Positions 17,492-26,321 of a stretch of 56,493 nucleotides of DNA are shown here, one piece after another. How positions within the stretch are numbered: position 1 is the stretch's first letter; every line of letters begins with the position of its first letter. The notes beneath the pieces are model-generated. The model searched no databases, had not been told where the DNA came from, and saw nothing but the letters and a program-made list of their open reading frames with translations. Position numbers and translations under genes: made by a program. Source of the DNA: an uncultured Elusimicrobia bacterium (lineage in GTDB: Bacteria; Elusimicrobiota; Elusimicrobia; Elusimicrobiales; UBA9959); assembly GCA_937870775.1 (NCBI GenBank), contig CALMZU010000257.1, positions 1-56,493 of the forward strand, in the 5' to 3' direction.

Positions 17492-18233
17492 GAGACCCGA
17501 ATCCCTGCTGGACGTGCCGATGCACTACTGCCCCGGCTGCGGCCACGGCATAGTTCACCGCCTCGTCGCCGAAGTGATGGACGAGCTCGGCATACGCAAC
17601 CGCACGATAGGCGTCGCGCCCGTGGGCTGCGCGGTGTTCGCCGACACGTACTTCAACTGCGACATGATCCAGGGCCCGCACGGCCGCGGCCCGGCCGAGG
17701 CCACCGGCATAAAGCGCTCGAACCCCGAGGCGATAGTGTTCTCGTACCAGGGCGACGGCGACCTCGCGTCCATCGGCATGGCCGAGATCGTGCACGCCGC
17801 GATACGCTCCGAGAACATCACCATCATCTTCATCAACAACGCCATATACGGCATGACCGGCGGCCAGATGGCCCCGACCACGCTGATAGGCCAGAAGGCT
17901 ACGACCTGCATAGAAGGCCGCACCGTCAAGCAGGCCGGCTACCCGATAAAGATGAGCGAGATGCTCTCCACCGTCGACGGCGCGATGTACATCGAGCGCG
18001 TCTCGGTGCACAGCGCCCCCAACGTGATGAAGGCCAAGGCCGCCATAAAGAAGGCCTTCCAGAATCAGGTCGAGGGCAAGGGCTTCTCCCTGGTCGAGGT
18101 CCTCTCGATGTGCCCGACCAACTGGGGCACCAAGGCCAGCAACCCCGCCGAGGCGACGAAGTTCGTCGCCGAGAGCATGGTGCCGGTATACCCGCTGGGC
18201 GTGTACAAGGACGCCGGCGCTGCCAAGAAATAG
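17475..18233 (+). CDS. 2-oxoacid:ferredoxin oxidoreductase, beta (TPP-binding) subunit
   Basis: 252 aa with 'YCPGCGHG' and 'GDGD...NNAIYGMTGGQ' TPP motifs. Confidence 0.85.
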   Translation: MQQLNKRPESLLDVPMHYCPGCGHGIVHRLVAEVMDELGIRNRTIGVAPVGCAVFADTYFNCDMIQGPHGRGPAEATGIKRSNPEAIVFSYQGDGDLASIGMAEIVHAAIRSENITIIFINNAIYGMTGGQMAPTTLIGQKATTCIEGRTVKQAGYPIKMSEMLSTVDGAMYIERVSVHSAPNVMKAKAAIKKAFQNQVEGKGFSLVEVLSMCPTNWGTKASNPAEATKFVAESMVPVYPLGVYKDAGAAKK

Positions 18234-18245
18234 GAGGATCACGAC

Positions 18246-18779
18246 ATGTACCAAGGCATAAGGATAGCTGGTTTCGGCGGTCAGGGCGTGGTCTCCGCGG
18301 GCGTCATACTGGCGCAGGCCGGCATGCTGGACGGCAAGCAGGTAAGCTTCTTCCCGTCCTACGGCGCCGAGATGCGCGGCGGCACCGCGAACTGCTCGGT
18401 GGTCATAACCTCCGACGAGGTGACCACCCCGATAGTCTCGGAGCCCGACACCGTGATCGTGCTTAACGAGCCCTCGCTCGCCAAGTTCGAACCGATGGTG
18501 AAGCCCGGCGGCCTGCTGATCATCAACAGCTCGCTCGTGAACTCGAAGCCGACCCGCAAGGACATAAAGGTGGTCTCGGCCCCGTTCAACGACATAGCGG
18601 CCGAGATCGGCAACGTGAAGGCGATGAACATGGTGGTGATCGGCGCTTACGCCGCCGCCACCGGCGCGGTCACGCCCGACGCGGTGCACAAGGCGCTGCC
18701 CAAGGTCTACAAGAAGCTCAAGCCCGAGGCTATCGAGCTCAACATGAAGGCCATGAAGCGCGGCATGGAAATAAAGTAA
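18246..18779 (+). CDS. 2-oxoacid:ferredoxin oxidoreductase, gamma subunit
   Basis: 177 aa. 'IRIAGFGGQGVVSAG' is typical of the gamma subunit. Confidence 0.85.
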   Translation: MYQGIRIAGFGGQGVVSAGVILAQAGMLDGKQVSFFPSYGAEMRGGTANCSVVITSDEVTTPIVSEPDTVIVLNEPSLAKFEPMVKPGGLLIINSSLVNSKPTRKDIKVVSAPFNDIAAEIGNVKAMNMVVIGAYAAATGAVTPDAVHKALPKVYKKLKPEAIELNMKAMKRGMEIK

Positions 18780-18802
18780 GGAACGCCGCGAGTTCCGAAG
18801 AA

Positions 18803-18830
18803 GGGGCCCGGAGACATCCGGGCCCCTTTT
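18803..18830 (+). terminator. Rho-independent terminator after the oxidoreductase operon
   Basis: ggggcccgg pairs with ccgggcccc across a 6-nt loop and is followed by TTTT. Confidence 0.75.
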
Positions 18831-18837
18831 AATTTTA

Positions 18838-18843
18838 TAGAAT
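18838..18843 (+). promoter_or_regulatory. -10 box TAGAAT 8 nt upstream of ATG 18852 (candidate leaderless promoter)
   Basis: 'tatagaatagacctttATG'. There is no purine-rich SD. Confidence 0.4.
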
Positions 18844-18851
18844 AGACCTTT

Positions 18852-20633
18852 ATGCACGGACCGGGCAACGACGACGGGCAGGACCCGAAGGAGAAGATAA
18901 ACTACAGGGCGACCTTCGGTCTGCTCAAGGGCCTTATTCTCTCCGAGAAGCGCGGCTTCGCGCTGGCTTCCGTCTGGCTCCTCCTTTCCACGGCCCTGAC
19001 CCTGCTCACCCCGATAATAGCCAAGTACATCATTGACACCGCGATACCGGCGCGGCGCACGGGACTGCTGCTGGCCTCCGTCGGCGCGCTGTTCCTCAAC
19101 TCGCTGCTCTTCCTGGCCTTCAACTACGCGCTGCGCATGAGCCTGGTCAAGACCGGGCAGCGCATAATGGCCGGGCTCAAGAAGCGCATGCTCGCGCACA
19201 TGCTCTCGCTGGACCTGCCTTTCTACGCCGAATACCCGGTCGGCAGGCTGACCGCGCGCGTGCAGTCCGACACCAGCACGCTCTACGAGCTTTTCACCGA
19301 GACCACGATCACGATCTTCCGCGACATACTGATGTTCGCGGTGACGTTCGCGGTGATGTTCTGGTTCAGCCCGAAGCTGACGCTGATGCTCTCCGCCGTG
19401 TTCCCGGTGGTCATAGCGCTCAGCACGGTGTTCCTGAGCCGCAGCACCGCGCTGTTCATAGCCGTGCGCAAGCTGGCCAGCGAGATCACCGGCTTCCTCA
19501 CCGAGCACGTCAACGCGATAGCGCTGCTCCAGGCCTTCAACCGCGAGGAAATGGCCGCCGCCAAGCTCGAGGCGGTGAACAGGAAGAAGTTCGAGACCGA
19601 GATGTCCGCCGAGATGCTGATGGTGATCTTCTTCATGAGCATCGTGATGATAAGCCCAGTCTCGATAGCCATCATCCTCGGCGCCGGCGGGCGCATGGCG
19701 CTGGCGGGCACGCTCAGCATCGGCACGCTGGTGATGTTCATCCTGTACATCGACAAGCTTTTCGAGCCGGTCTTCAGGCTCTCGGAGCACATCAGCATCA
19801 TACAGCGCGCCTTTACCGCCGGGCACCGCATACAGCGCATACTGGAGAGGAGGCCGGCCATAGCCGACCCGCCGCGGCCGCATTTCCTTCGCTCGATCAA
19901 GGAAGGGATAGAGTTCCGCAACGTCTGGATGCGCTATGCCGACGACGGGCCCTGGGTGCTCAGGGACGTCTCGTTCACGCTGCCGCGCGGCAAAAGCCTC
20001 GCCATAGTGGGGGAGACCGGCGGCGGCAAGACCACGGTGACCAACCTGCTCTTCAAGTTCTACGCCCCGCAGAAGGGCAGCATACTCATAGACGGCACCG
20101 ACATCTCGGAGATCAGCCTCTCGTCCCTGAGACGGGCGATAGGCCTGGTGCAGCAGGACATCTACCTGTTCCCAGGCACCATCATGCAGAACCTGAAGCT
20201 GATGGACGACTCCATACCCGACTCGCTGGTGCACGACGCGATAAAGACCATCGGCCTCGAGGCCTTCTTCCGCCGCCACAGCCTTTCCAAGCAGATCGTC
20301 GAGAAGGGGGCGAACCTCTCGGCCGGCGAGAAGCAGGTGATCTCGCTGGTCCGCGCGATGACGCTGAACCAGGACATGCTGGTCCTCGACGAGGCGACCT
20401 CCCATATCGACCCGTACACGGAGAGGACGATCAACGCCGCGATGGGACGCCTGCTGGCGCAGAAGACCATGATAGTCGTGGCCCACAGGCTCTCTACGAT
20501 ACGCAACGCCGGGGAGATCCTGCTGGTCTCCGAGGGCGAGGTCAAGGAACGCGGCACCCACGACGCGCTGCTGGCGAAGGGCGGCATCTATTCCCGGTTC
20601 TACAAGCTCCAGTTCGGGGAGGACGCGCTATGA
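18852..20633 (+). CDS. ABC exporter half-transporter (TMD-NBD) with a consensus ATPase site
   Basis: 593 aa with Walker A 'GETGGGKTT', signature 'LSAGEKQ' and Walker B 'LVLDEATS'. Confidence 0.85.
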   Translation: MHGPGNDDGQDPKEKINYRATFGLLKGLILSEKRGFALASVWLLLSTALTLLTPIIAKYIIDTAIPARRTGLLLASVGALFLNSLLFLAFNYALRMSLVKTGQRIMAGLKKRMLAHMLSLDLPFYAEYPVGRLTARVQSDTSTLYELFTETTITIFRDILMFAVTFAVMFWFSPKLTLMLSAVFPVVIALSTVFLSRSTALFIAVRKLASEITGFLTEHVNAIALLQAFNREEMAAAKLEAVNRKKFETEMSAEMLMVIFFMSIVMISPVSIAIILGAGGRMALAGTLSIGTLVMFILYIDKLFEPVFRLSEHISIIQRAFTAGHRIQRILERRPAIADPPRPHFLRSIKEGIEFRNVWMRYADDGPWVLRDVSFTLPRGKSLAIVGETGGGKTTVTNLLFKFYAPQKGSILIDGTDISEISLSSLRRAIGLVQQDIYLFPGTIMQNLKLMDDSIPDSLVHDAIKTIGLEAFFRRHSLSKQIVEKGANLSAGEKQVISLVRAMTLNQDMLVLDEATSHIDPYTERTINAAMGRLLAQKTMIVVAHRLSTIRNAGEILLVSEGEVKERGTHDALLAKGGIYSRFYKLQFGEDAL

Positions 20634-22390
20634 TCTTCGTGCTGCGCTGGCTGATGCCCCACTGGAGGCGCCACAAGTACCGGATGCTGGCTATCATCGC
20701 GCTCGGGATGACCAGCGCGGCGCTGAGCGCCGCCTACCCGTACTTCATAAAGCGCGTGATAAACGGCCTGGGGGCCCAGATAAGCCCGGCCTACCTGTGG
20801 AGGAACATACTGCTGATACTCGGCGTCGGCGTGGCCAACACCGTCGTCGGCGTGGCCGCGCAGCGCAACCGCGCGGCGATGAACATGCGGCTGGAGTGGG
20901 ATTTCCGCAAGCTGGTCTTCGAGCACATCCTCGGCCTGGACCGCCAGTTCTTCCACAAGTTCACCACCGGCGACCTGGTGACGCGCATGGTGGACGACAT
21001 CTCGCAGAAGATCTCGTGGTTCTCCTGCTCGGGGACCTTCCGCTTCATCCAGTCGCTGTTCACGCTCATGGCCGCCATCGGGATGATGGTCTTCCTGAAC
21101 CCCTGGCTGACCTTCTGGGTGCTGCTGCCGGCCCCGTTCATACTCGCGGCCTCCATGAAGACGGGCCACAAACTGCACGCGCGCTACGACGCGCTGCAGA
21201 AGTCGATAACGCTGATCTACGATTTCCTCGAGACCTGCTTCACCGGCATAAAGCTGATAAAGGCCAACGCCAAGGAGGAGGCGCAGTGCGCCTTCTTCGC
21301 CGGGAAGGCCGAGGACCAGATGCGCGCCGAGGTGGCCTCGTCGAGGCTGGACATCATCTTCTCGTATTTCTTCCACTACGCGAGTTTCGTTTCCATCGCC
21401 ATACTCTACCTGGCCGGCGGCCTGATGATCATACGGGGCACCGCGACGATAGGCGACCTGATAGCCTTCTACTTCTACGCCGGCATGATCATGGGCCCGC
21501 TGATGGACATCAGCCAGTTCTTCGTGGCCGGCAACCGCGCCGGCGCCTCGATAAAGCGCGTCGAGGAGCTGCTGCAGGCCAGGAGCGCCATAGCGCGCCC
21601 GGCCTCGCCGGGCGCGGCGCCGGAAAGACTGCGCTCGCTGGAAGCCCGCGGCGTCTCGGTGCCGGCCTCGGGCGAAGGCCTGCTGCTCAAGAAGATCTCT
21701 TTCAAGGCCTCGGGCGGCGAACTGGTGGCCGTCGTGGGGAAGATAGGCTCCGGCAAGAGCAGCCTCATAGCGGCGCTGGCGCGCCTGGCGGAGTATTCCG
21801 AGGGGGAACTGCTCTTCAACGGCGAGGACGCCCGCGGCTTCCGGCCCGAGGCGCTGCGCGCGCGCATGGGCCTGGTCACGCAGGAACCGTTCATACTGAC
21901 CGATACCATCCGCAACAACGTCACGCTGGGGAGGGACTGGATAGGCCCGGAAGAACTGGAGAAAGCCCTGGAGGTGTCCCAGCTGAAGCACGACCTGGCC
22001 AGGCTGCCCAAGGGGCTCGACACCTCCGTAGGCACGCGCGGCTTCTCGCTGTCCGGCGGGCAGCGCCAGCGGCTGTCGATAGCGCGCGCCATACTGGCCC
22101 GCCCGGACCTGCTGCTTTTCGACGACGCGACCAGCGCTATGGACGCGCAGACCGAGGAGAATTTCTGGAAGGCCTTCAGGGCGGAGATGCCCGGGGCCAT
22201 CTGCATGATAGTGACGCACCGCGTGAAGACGATAGAGCGCGCGGACCGCATACTGACGATGGACGAAGGCAGGCTCGCCGAGGCGGGCACCCACGCCGAG
22301 CTGATGGCGAGGAACGGCCTGTACAGGCAGATCTACGAAAGAAGGAAGCTCGAGGAGGAGTTCGGCGGCGCGAAGCCGCCGGAGAGCTGA
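20630..22390 (+). CDS. ABC exporter half-transporter (TMD-NBD) with a degenerate Walker-B (Asp for the catalytic Glu)
   Basis: 586 aa with Walker A 'GKIGSGKSS', signature 'LSGGQRQR' and Walker B 'LLFDDATS'. The start overlaps the partner's stop (ATGA). Confidence 0.85.
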   Translation: MIFVLRWLMPHWRRHKYRMLAIIALGMTSAALSAAYPYFIKRVINGLGAQISPAYLWRNILLILGVGVANTVVGVAAQRNRAAMNMRLEWDFRKLVFEHILGLDRQFFHKFTTGDLVTRMVDDISQKISWFSCSGTFRFIQSLFTLMAAIGMMVFLNPWLTFWVLLPAPFILAASMKTGHKLHARYDALQKSITLIYDFLETCFTGIKLIKANAKEEAQCAFFAGKAEDQMRAEVASSRLDIIFSYFFHYASFVSIAILYLAGGLMIIRGTATIGDLIAFYFYAGMIMGPLMDISQFFVAGNRAGASIKRVEELLQARSAIARPASPGAAPERLRSLEARGVSVPASGEGLLLKKISFKASGGELVAVVGKIGSGKSSLIAALARLAEYSEGELLFNGEDARGFRPEALRARMGLVTQEPFILTDTIRNNVTLGRDWIGPEELEKALEVSQLKHDLARLPKGLDTSVGTRGFSLSGGQRQRLSIARAILARPDLLLFDDATSAMDAQTEENFWKAFRAEMPGAICMIVTHRVKTIERADRILTMDEGRLAEAGTHAELMARNGLYRQIYERRKLEEEFGGAKPPES

Positions 22391-23593
22391 TCAGCGGCCG
22401 TACGGATTGTACGGTTCCTGGTAGCTTACCTCAGCCTCGAGGCGGGTGGAATTCCCGTCGGCGTCCGTCAGGGTTATAAGAAGCTTATCCTCGCCCTTTA
22501 CCGCGGCGGGCAGTTCCGGCAGCCTTACCCCGGCCATGCCGGAAGGCACGTTCTCGCCGTCGGACTGCACGTGCACGTGGCTGGTCCGGGAAGTGCCGTA
22601 CAGGGGGCGCTCCACCAGTATGTCTATGCGTCCCGGCCTGTTGTCGAAAACCTTGAAGAGTATGTCCACCTGCGAGCGCCTGTCCTCGGACGCGCGCAGG
22701 GCCTGCACGCTCCCGGCCGCCGGGGGCAGCAGCGCCGCGGCGGACTTGAGCACCCCGGCCGTGTAGGCCGCCGCCATCAGCACCTGGCGGCTCATGATGT
22801 CGGGACGGGCGTTCACGTCGTAGGAATCCTTGTCGTCGGAATAATGGCTCCACGGGCCGCGGGTGGCGTCACTGCCGGGGGCGGGCGCGCCGGAGGCGGC
22901 CGGCCAGTAAGGTTTGCCGGTGGCGGGGTTCGTCCATTCGGCCAGGTGGGCGCGGGTGTCGTCCTGAAGGGCCTGGTAGTAGCCGTATGGCGGCAGGTCG
23001 GGCAGCGCCAGCGCGGTGATCTGGCCTTTTATCTTCTCGAAAAGCGAGAGGTTCTTCTTTATGGACTTCTCGAAACGGTCGCCGAGCGTTATCACGTGGT
23101 TGATGTTCGCGGCGTGGACCGGCACGGCCTGGTCCTGGGTCAGGTGGCAGATCTGGCCTATGCTGTAATACGCGGAGGGGAAATCCAGTTCGCGGTAGGA
23201 CTTCAGAGCCTCCTTCCATATGCGTTCCGGATCACCGCCGTTAGCGAAAAGGTTAGGGTGGCCGCCCTCGCTGCCCATGCCGGCCAGCAGGGTGCCGACG
23301 GGGTTGCCGCACTCGTCGGTGCGGCCGTCGGGCTTGCCGGCGAAAGGATAGTAGTCGCCGCCCTTGTCGTTCTCTCCGACGTTGAATATCAGGGCGGTAT
23401 TGAAATACTCGTGCGCTCCGGTGGGAAAACGTGAGCACTGGCCGGCCTGCGCCTGGAGCGCCTCCGGAGCCGTGACCGGCACCTGCGGCACATCGGCGGA
23501 GGGTGCGGCAAGCCGCAGCTGTTCGAATGAGCCGGCGTAGGCGGCGGAGCAGGCGCAAAGCAGCACGATCGCGGGAGCGTATCTCTTGTTCAT
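22391..23593 (-). CDS. Secreted zinc-dependent phospholipase C-like domain protein with a C-terminal extra domain
   Basis: 400 aa with signal peptide 'MNKRYAPAIVLLCACSAAYAG'. 'ICHLTQDQAVPVHAANINHV...FEKS' resembles the Zn-ligand block of clostridial alpha-toxin-type PLC ('HY.GD...P.H.AN'). Confidence 0.6.
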   Translation of the reverse strand: MNKRYAPAIVLLCACSAAYAGSFEQLRLAAPSADVPQVPVTAPEALQAQAGQCSRFPTGAHEYFNTALIFNVGENDKGGDYYPFAGKPDGRTDECGNPVGTLLAGMGSEGGHPNLFANGGDPERIWKEALKSYRELDFPSAYYSIGQICHLTQDQAVPVHAANINHVITLGDRFEKSIKKNLSLFEKIKGQITALALPDLPPYGYYQALQDDTRAHLAEWTNPATGKPYWPAASGAPAPGSDATRGPWSHYSDDKDSYDVNARPDIMSRQVLMAAAYTAGVLKSAAALLPPAAGSVQALRASEDRRSQVDILFKVFDNRPGRIDILVERPLYGTSRTSHVHVQSDGENVPSGMAGVRLPELPAAVKGEDKLLITLTDADGNSTRLEAEVSYQEPYNPYGR

Positions 23594-23600
23594 CCCCTAT

Positions 23601-23606
23601 ATTCTA
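23601..23606 (-). promoter_or_regulatory. -10 box TAGAAT 7 nt upstream of ATG 23593 (candidate leaderless promoter)
   Basis: The minus strand reads 'gcgcTAGAATataggggATG'. Confidence 0.4.
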
Positions 23607-23663
23607 GCGCTCTGCCGGCGGAGCCGACAGGTACCAAAGGGCAATACCGCGCGGTCTTTGGAC

Positions 23664-24575
23664 CTACAGGAAGGCGACCATCAGAAGGTCGTAAAGGTAA
23701 AGCAGGGGGAAGAAGGCGAGGGTAGAGAACAGTATGGTCTGCCCGACGAGGTCCTGATCGAAGCCGAAGTCGCGGGCCACGACGTAGTTCAGCACGGCGA
23801 CGGGCATGAACACCTGCACGAAGGCGACGCGGGCCGGGAAGCCGGCGAAGCCGGTGGACAGGCAGAACAGGAGGCACAAGGCCGGCAGCAGCAGCAGCTT
23901 GAACGAACTGATCAGGGCTATCTTCGGCAGGTTATGCGACACCTTCTTGCCGTAGAGCCCCACGCCGATGGTGAAGAGCGAGAGCGGCATGGTGGTCTTG
24001 CCTATGTCGCCCATCACGCGGCGCAGCAGTTCCGGCAGGCCGAGGCCGCTCCAGGCCAGGGCCAGGCCCGCCAGCGAGGACCAGAGCACCACGCTGCGCA
24101 GCAGCGGACGCAGGAAGCCTCCGGCGGTGGCGGGCTCCTCGCGGATAAGCGTCATGACCAGGAAACCCGCGGTGAAGACCACGATGTTCTGCAGGGAGGC
24201 GGCTATGGCCGCGTAGCCCACGGCGGCCTCGCCGAGGCGCATCGAGGCCACGGGGAAGCCCATATAGACGGTATTGCCCAGCGCCGCCGATATGACGAGT
24301 ACGCGCGCCATGGCGCAGCCCAGCAGCCCGGCCTTCCACAGCAGCCAGCACAGCGCCATCATCGCGACGAGCGGCGCCGAGTTGGCGCCGAGGAAGCGCC
24401 AGTCCAGGCCGGAGAGCGGGGTGTCGGCGATCTTCAGTATGGTCAGCGCGGGCAGGGCGAGGTAATAGAGGTACTGGTTGAACGCCTTCTCGGAACCTTC
24501 CCCGACGACGCCGTAGCGGCGGAACAGCCAGCCGGCGGCCATTATCAGGAAGAGGTTCGCTATTATGACGGTCAT
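23664..24575 (-). CDS. AEC (auxin efflux carrier) family transporter
   Basis: 303 aa polytopic membrane protein. The N-terminus 'MTVIIANLFLIMAAGWLFRR...' is typical of the family. Confidence 0.75.
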   Translation of the reverse strand: MTVIIANLFLIMAAGWLFRRYGVVGEGSEKAFNQYLYYLALPALTILKIADTPLSGLDWRFLGANSAPLVAMMALCWLLWKAGLLGCAMARVLVISAALGNTVYMGFPVASMRLGEAAVGYAAIAASLQNIVVFTAGFLVMTLIREEPATAGGFLRPLLRSVVLWSSLAGLALAWSGLGLPELLRRVMGDIGKTTMPLSLFTIGVGLYGKKVSHNLPKIALISSFKLLLLPALCLLFCLSTGFAGFPARVAFVQVFMPVAVLNYVVARDFGFDQDLVGQTILFSTLAFFPLLYLYDLLMVAFL

Positions 24576-24595
24576 GTATATATATTATCCGCCGT

Positions 24596-26230
24596 TCAGC
24601 GGAATATCAGCAGCAGCAGCTGGGCCGAGACTATGCGCAGTATCATGGCCAGCGGGTAGACGGTGGCGTACGCCACGGTATTGAGGCCGGAACGCGAGAA
24701 GGAATCGGAGAAGGCCAGCGCCGGCGGGTTGGTGGTGGCGGCGGTCAGCGAACCGCACATCGTCATAAGATCGACGGCGAAGAAACGGCGCAGCAGCCAG
24801 CCGGCCGCCAGGGCCGGCAGCACCGAGACCGCGGCGGCCACGCCCATCACGACGAGGCCGTTGCCGTGCAGCAGGGCCTGGAAGAATTTGCCGCCGCATT
24901 CCAGCCCGACGCAGGAAAAGAACATCACTATGCCGAGTTCGCGCAGCATCAGGTTGGCGGCCGGCGGCATGTACCAGCTCAGCGGGCCCAGCGTCTGCAG
25001 CCAGCTGAACACCAGAGCGGCCACCAGCGGCCCGCCGGCGAGGCCCAGTTTCACCGGGGCGGCCAGGCCGGGAACCGGTATCGGGACGGAGCCCAGCAGC
25101 ACGCCGGCGGCCAGGCCTATGAATACGGGGACCAGACGCGGGCGGTTGAGGTCGCGCGGGGAATTGCCCAGCTGCGCGGCCGCCTCGGCGAGACCTTCGG
25201 CGCCGCCCACCGCGGCGAGGTTGTCGCCCAGCTGCAGCTTGTAATCCTCGGGCACCAGGAACTCCACGTCGGCCCTGGCCACGCGGGTGAACACGACGCC
25301 GCGGCGCCCGAAGCCGAGGTCGGCGAGGCGCCGGCCGGCCAGCGCGTGCCTGGTGACGAGGATGCGGGCGTAGGAGACCGGACCGGGAACGGCGGAGAGG
25401 TCGCAGGCGCTGGGCGAACCTATGGCCGAGCCGAAAGCGTCCAGGTCGGCGCGGCGCCCGACGGCCATAACGACGTCGCCGGGGCCGGTAACGTCCCCCG
25501 GGGCGGCCACCGACACCTTGCCCCCGCGCATCACGCGGGAAACGGCGACCGCGCCGGATGCGACCAGCGGCAGCGCCCCGAAAGGCGTGTCGGCCGGCAC
25601 TTTCTCGACGTTGAAGCAGGCGGTGACCAGAGGCTCCGCCCGCGTACCGGACGGCGGGCCGGCCGTCTCAGCGGGTCCGGCGAAGCGCTTGAGAAGCAAG
25701 AGCACAAGAATCACCCCGACGGTGCCTACGGGGAAGGCCAGCGCGTAGCCGACGGCGGCCGAGCCCGAGGCGGCCGGGTCCCCGGCCAGCGTCTGCTGCG
25801 CCGCGGCGAGGGCGGGGGTATTGGTGACCGCGCCGGCGTACATGCCGACGGAGAGAGGAAGGTCCATGCCGGGCAGCCGCGAGGCCAGCAGGGCCAGCGC
25901 GGAACCGGCCAGCGTTACGCAGACGGCCATAAGGTTCAGCTTCAGCCCGTCGCGGCGGAAGGCGGCGAAAAAGCCCGGGCCCACCTCGGCGCCGATGGAA
26001 TAGACGAAGAGGATCAGGCCGAAGTCCCTGAGCAGGGCGAGCATGGCCGGGTGCATGGTGAAGCCCAGGTGGCCGAAGAGTATGCCGGAGAACATCACCG
26101 CGGCTATGCCGAAGCGCACGCCGAAAAAGTTCATGGCGCCGGCGGCCAGGCCGGCGGCGGACACCGCGGCCAGCAGCAGCACCGACGAGGCCACGGATTG
26201 AGGGGGAAAAAGCTGGACCAGCGCCGTCAT
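24596..26230 (-). CDS. YidE/YbjL (AAE) family transporter with central RCK-C/TrkA-C domains
   Basis: 544 aa with two hydrophobic halves separated by a soluble region of about 170 aa. Confidence 0.7.
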   Translation of the reverse strand: MTALVQLFPPQSVASSVLLLAAVSAAGLAAGAMNFFGVRFGIAAVMFSGILFGHLGFTMHPAMLALLRDFGLILFVYSIGAEVGPGFFAAFRRDGLKLNLMAVCVTLAGSALALLASRLPGMDLPLSVGMYAGAVTNTPALAAAQQTLAGDPAASGSAAVGYALAFPVGTVGVILVLLLLKRFAGPAETAGPPSGTRAEPLVTACFNVEKVPADTPFGALPLVASGAVAVSRVMRGGKVSVAAPGDVTGPGDVVMAVGRRADLDAFGSAIGSPSACDLSAVPGPVSYARILVTRHALAGRRLADLGFGRRGVVFTRVARADVEFLVPEDYKLQLGDNLAAVGGAEGLAEAAAQLGNSPRDLNRPRLVPVFIGLAAGVLLGSVPIPVPGLAAPVKLGLAGGPLVAALVFSWLQTLGPLSWYMPPAANLMLRELGIVMFFSCVGLECGGKFFQALLHGNGLVVMGVAAAVSVLPALAAGWLLRRFFAVDLMTMCGSLTAATTNPPALAFSDSFSRSGLNTVAYATVYPLAMILRIVSAQLLLLIFR

Positions 26231-26236
26231 AATTAA

Positions 26237-26245
26237 ATTCTAGCA
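26237..26245 (-). promoter_or_regulatory. Extended -10 box TGcTAGAAT 6 nt upstream of ATG 26230 (candidate leaderless promoter)
   Basis: The minus strand reads 'tTGcTAGAATttaattATG'. Confidence 0.45.
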
Positions 26246-26285
26246 AATGGCCGGGGGCGCCGCGGTTCCTTTGGGCGGGTTAATT

Positions 26286-26291
26286 TAATAT
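26286..26291 (+). promoter_or_regulatory. Candidate -10 box (TAATAT) for the MFS gene
   Basis: It lies in an AT-rich patch of the divergent intergenic region. The implied leader is about 25-30 nt with the SD 'ggag'. Confidence 0.3.
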
Positions 26292-26321
26292 CATATCCTT
26301 AACGACAGCAACGGAGAAAAA

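Noticed and set aside
17484-20561. A 1025-aa minus-strand ORF spanning the korB/korC and ABC exporter genes, and comparable giants at 39682..42144 (upstream part), 42346..44928, 8373..9746 and 9884..11587.
   Set aside because: They have no recognisable domains and extreme R/G/A/H/L composition. They lie opposite, or out of frame to, genes with clear catalytic motifs. The giant at 17484..20561 even runs through a terminator and promoter region.
26231-26321. The inverted AT-rich motif (aattaaatt ... aatttaat) in the YidE/MFS divergent region, as a possible operator.
   Set aside because: The two arms coincide with the two candidate -10 regions. The symmetry is most simply explained by divergent promoters, and there is no additional evidence for a regulator site.
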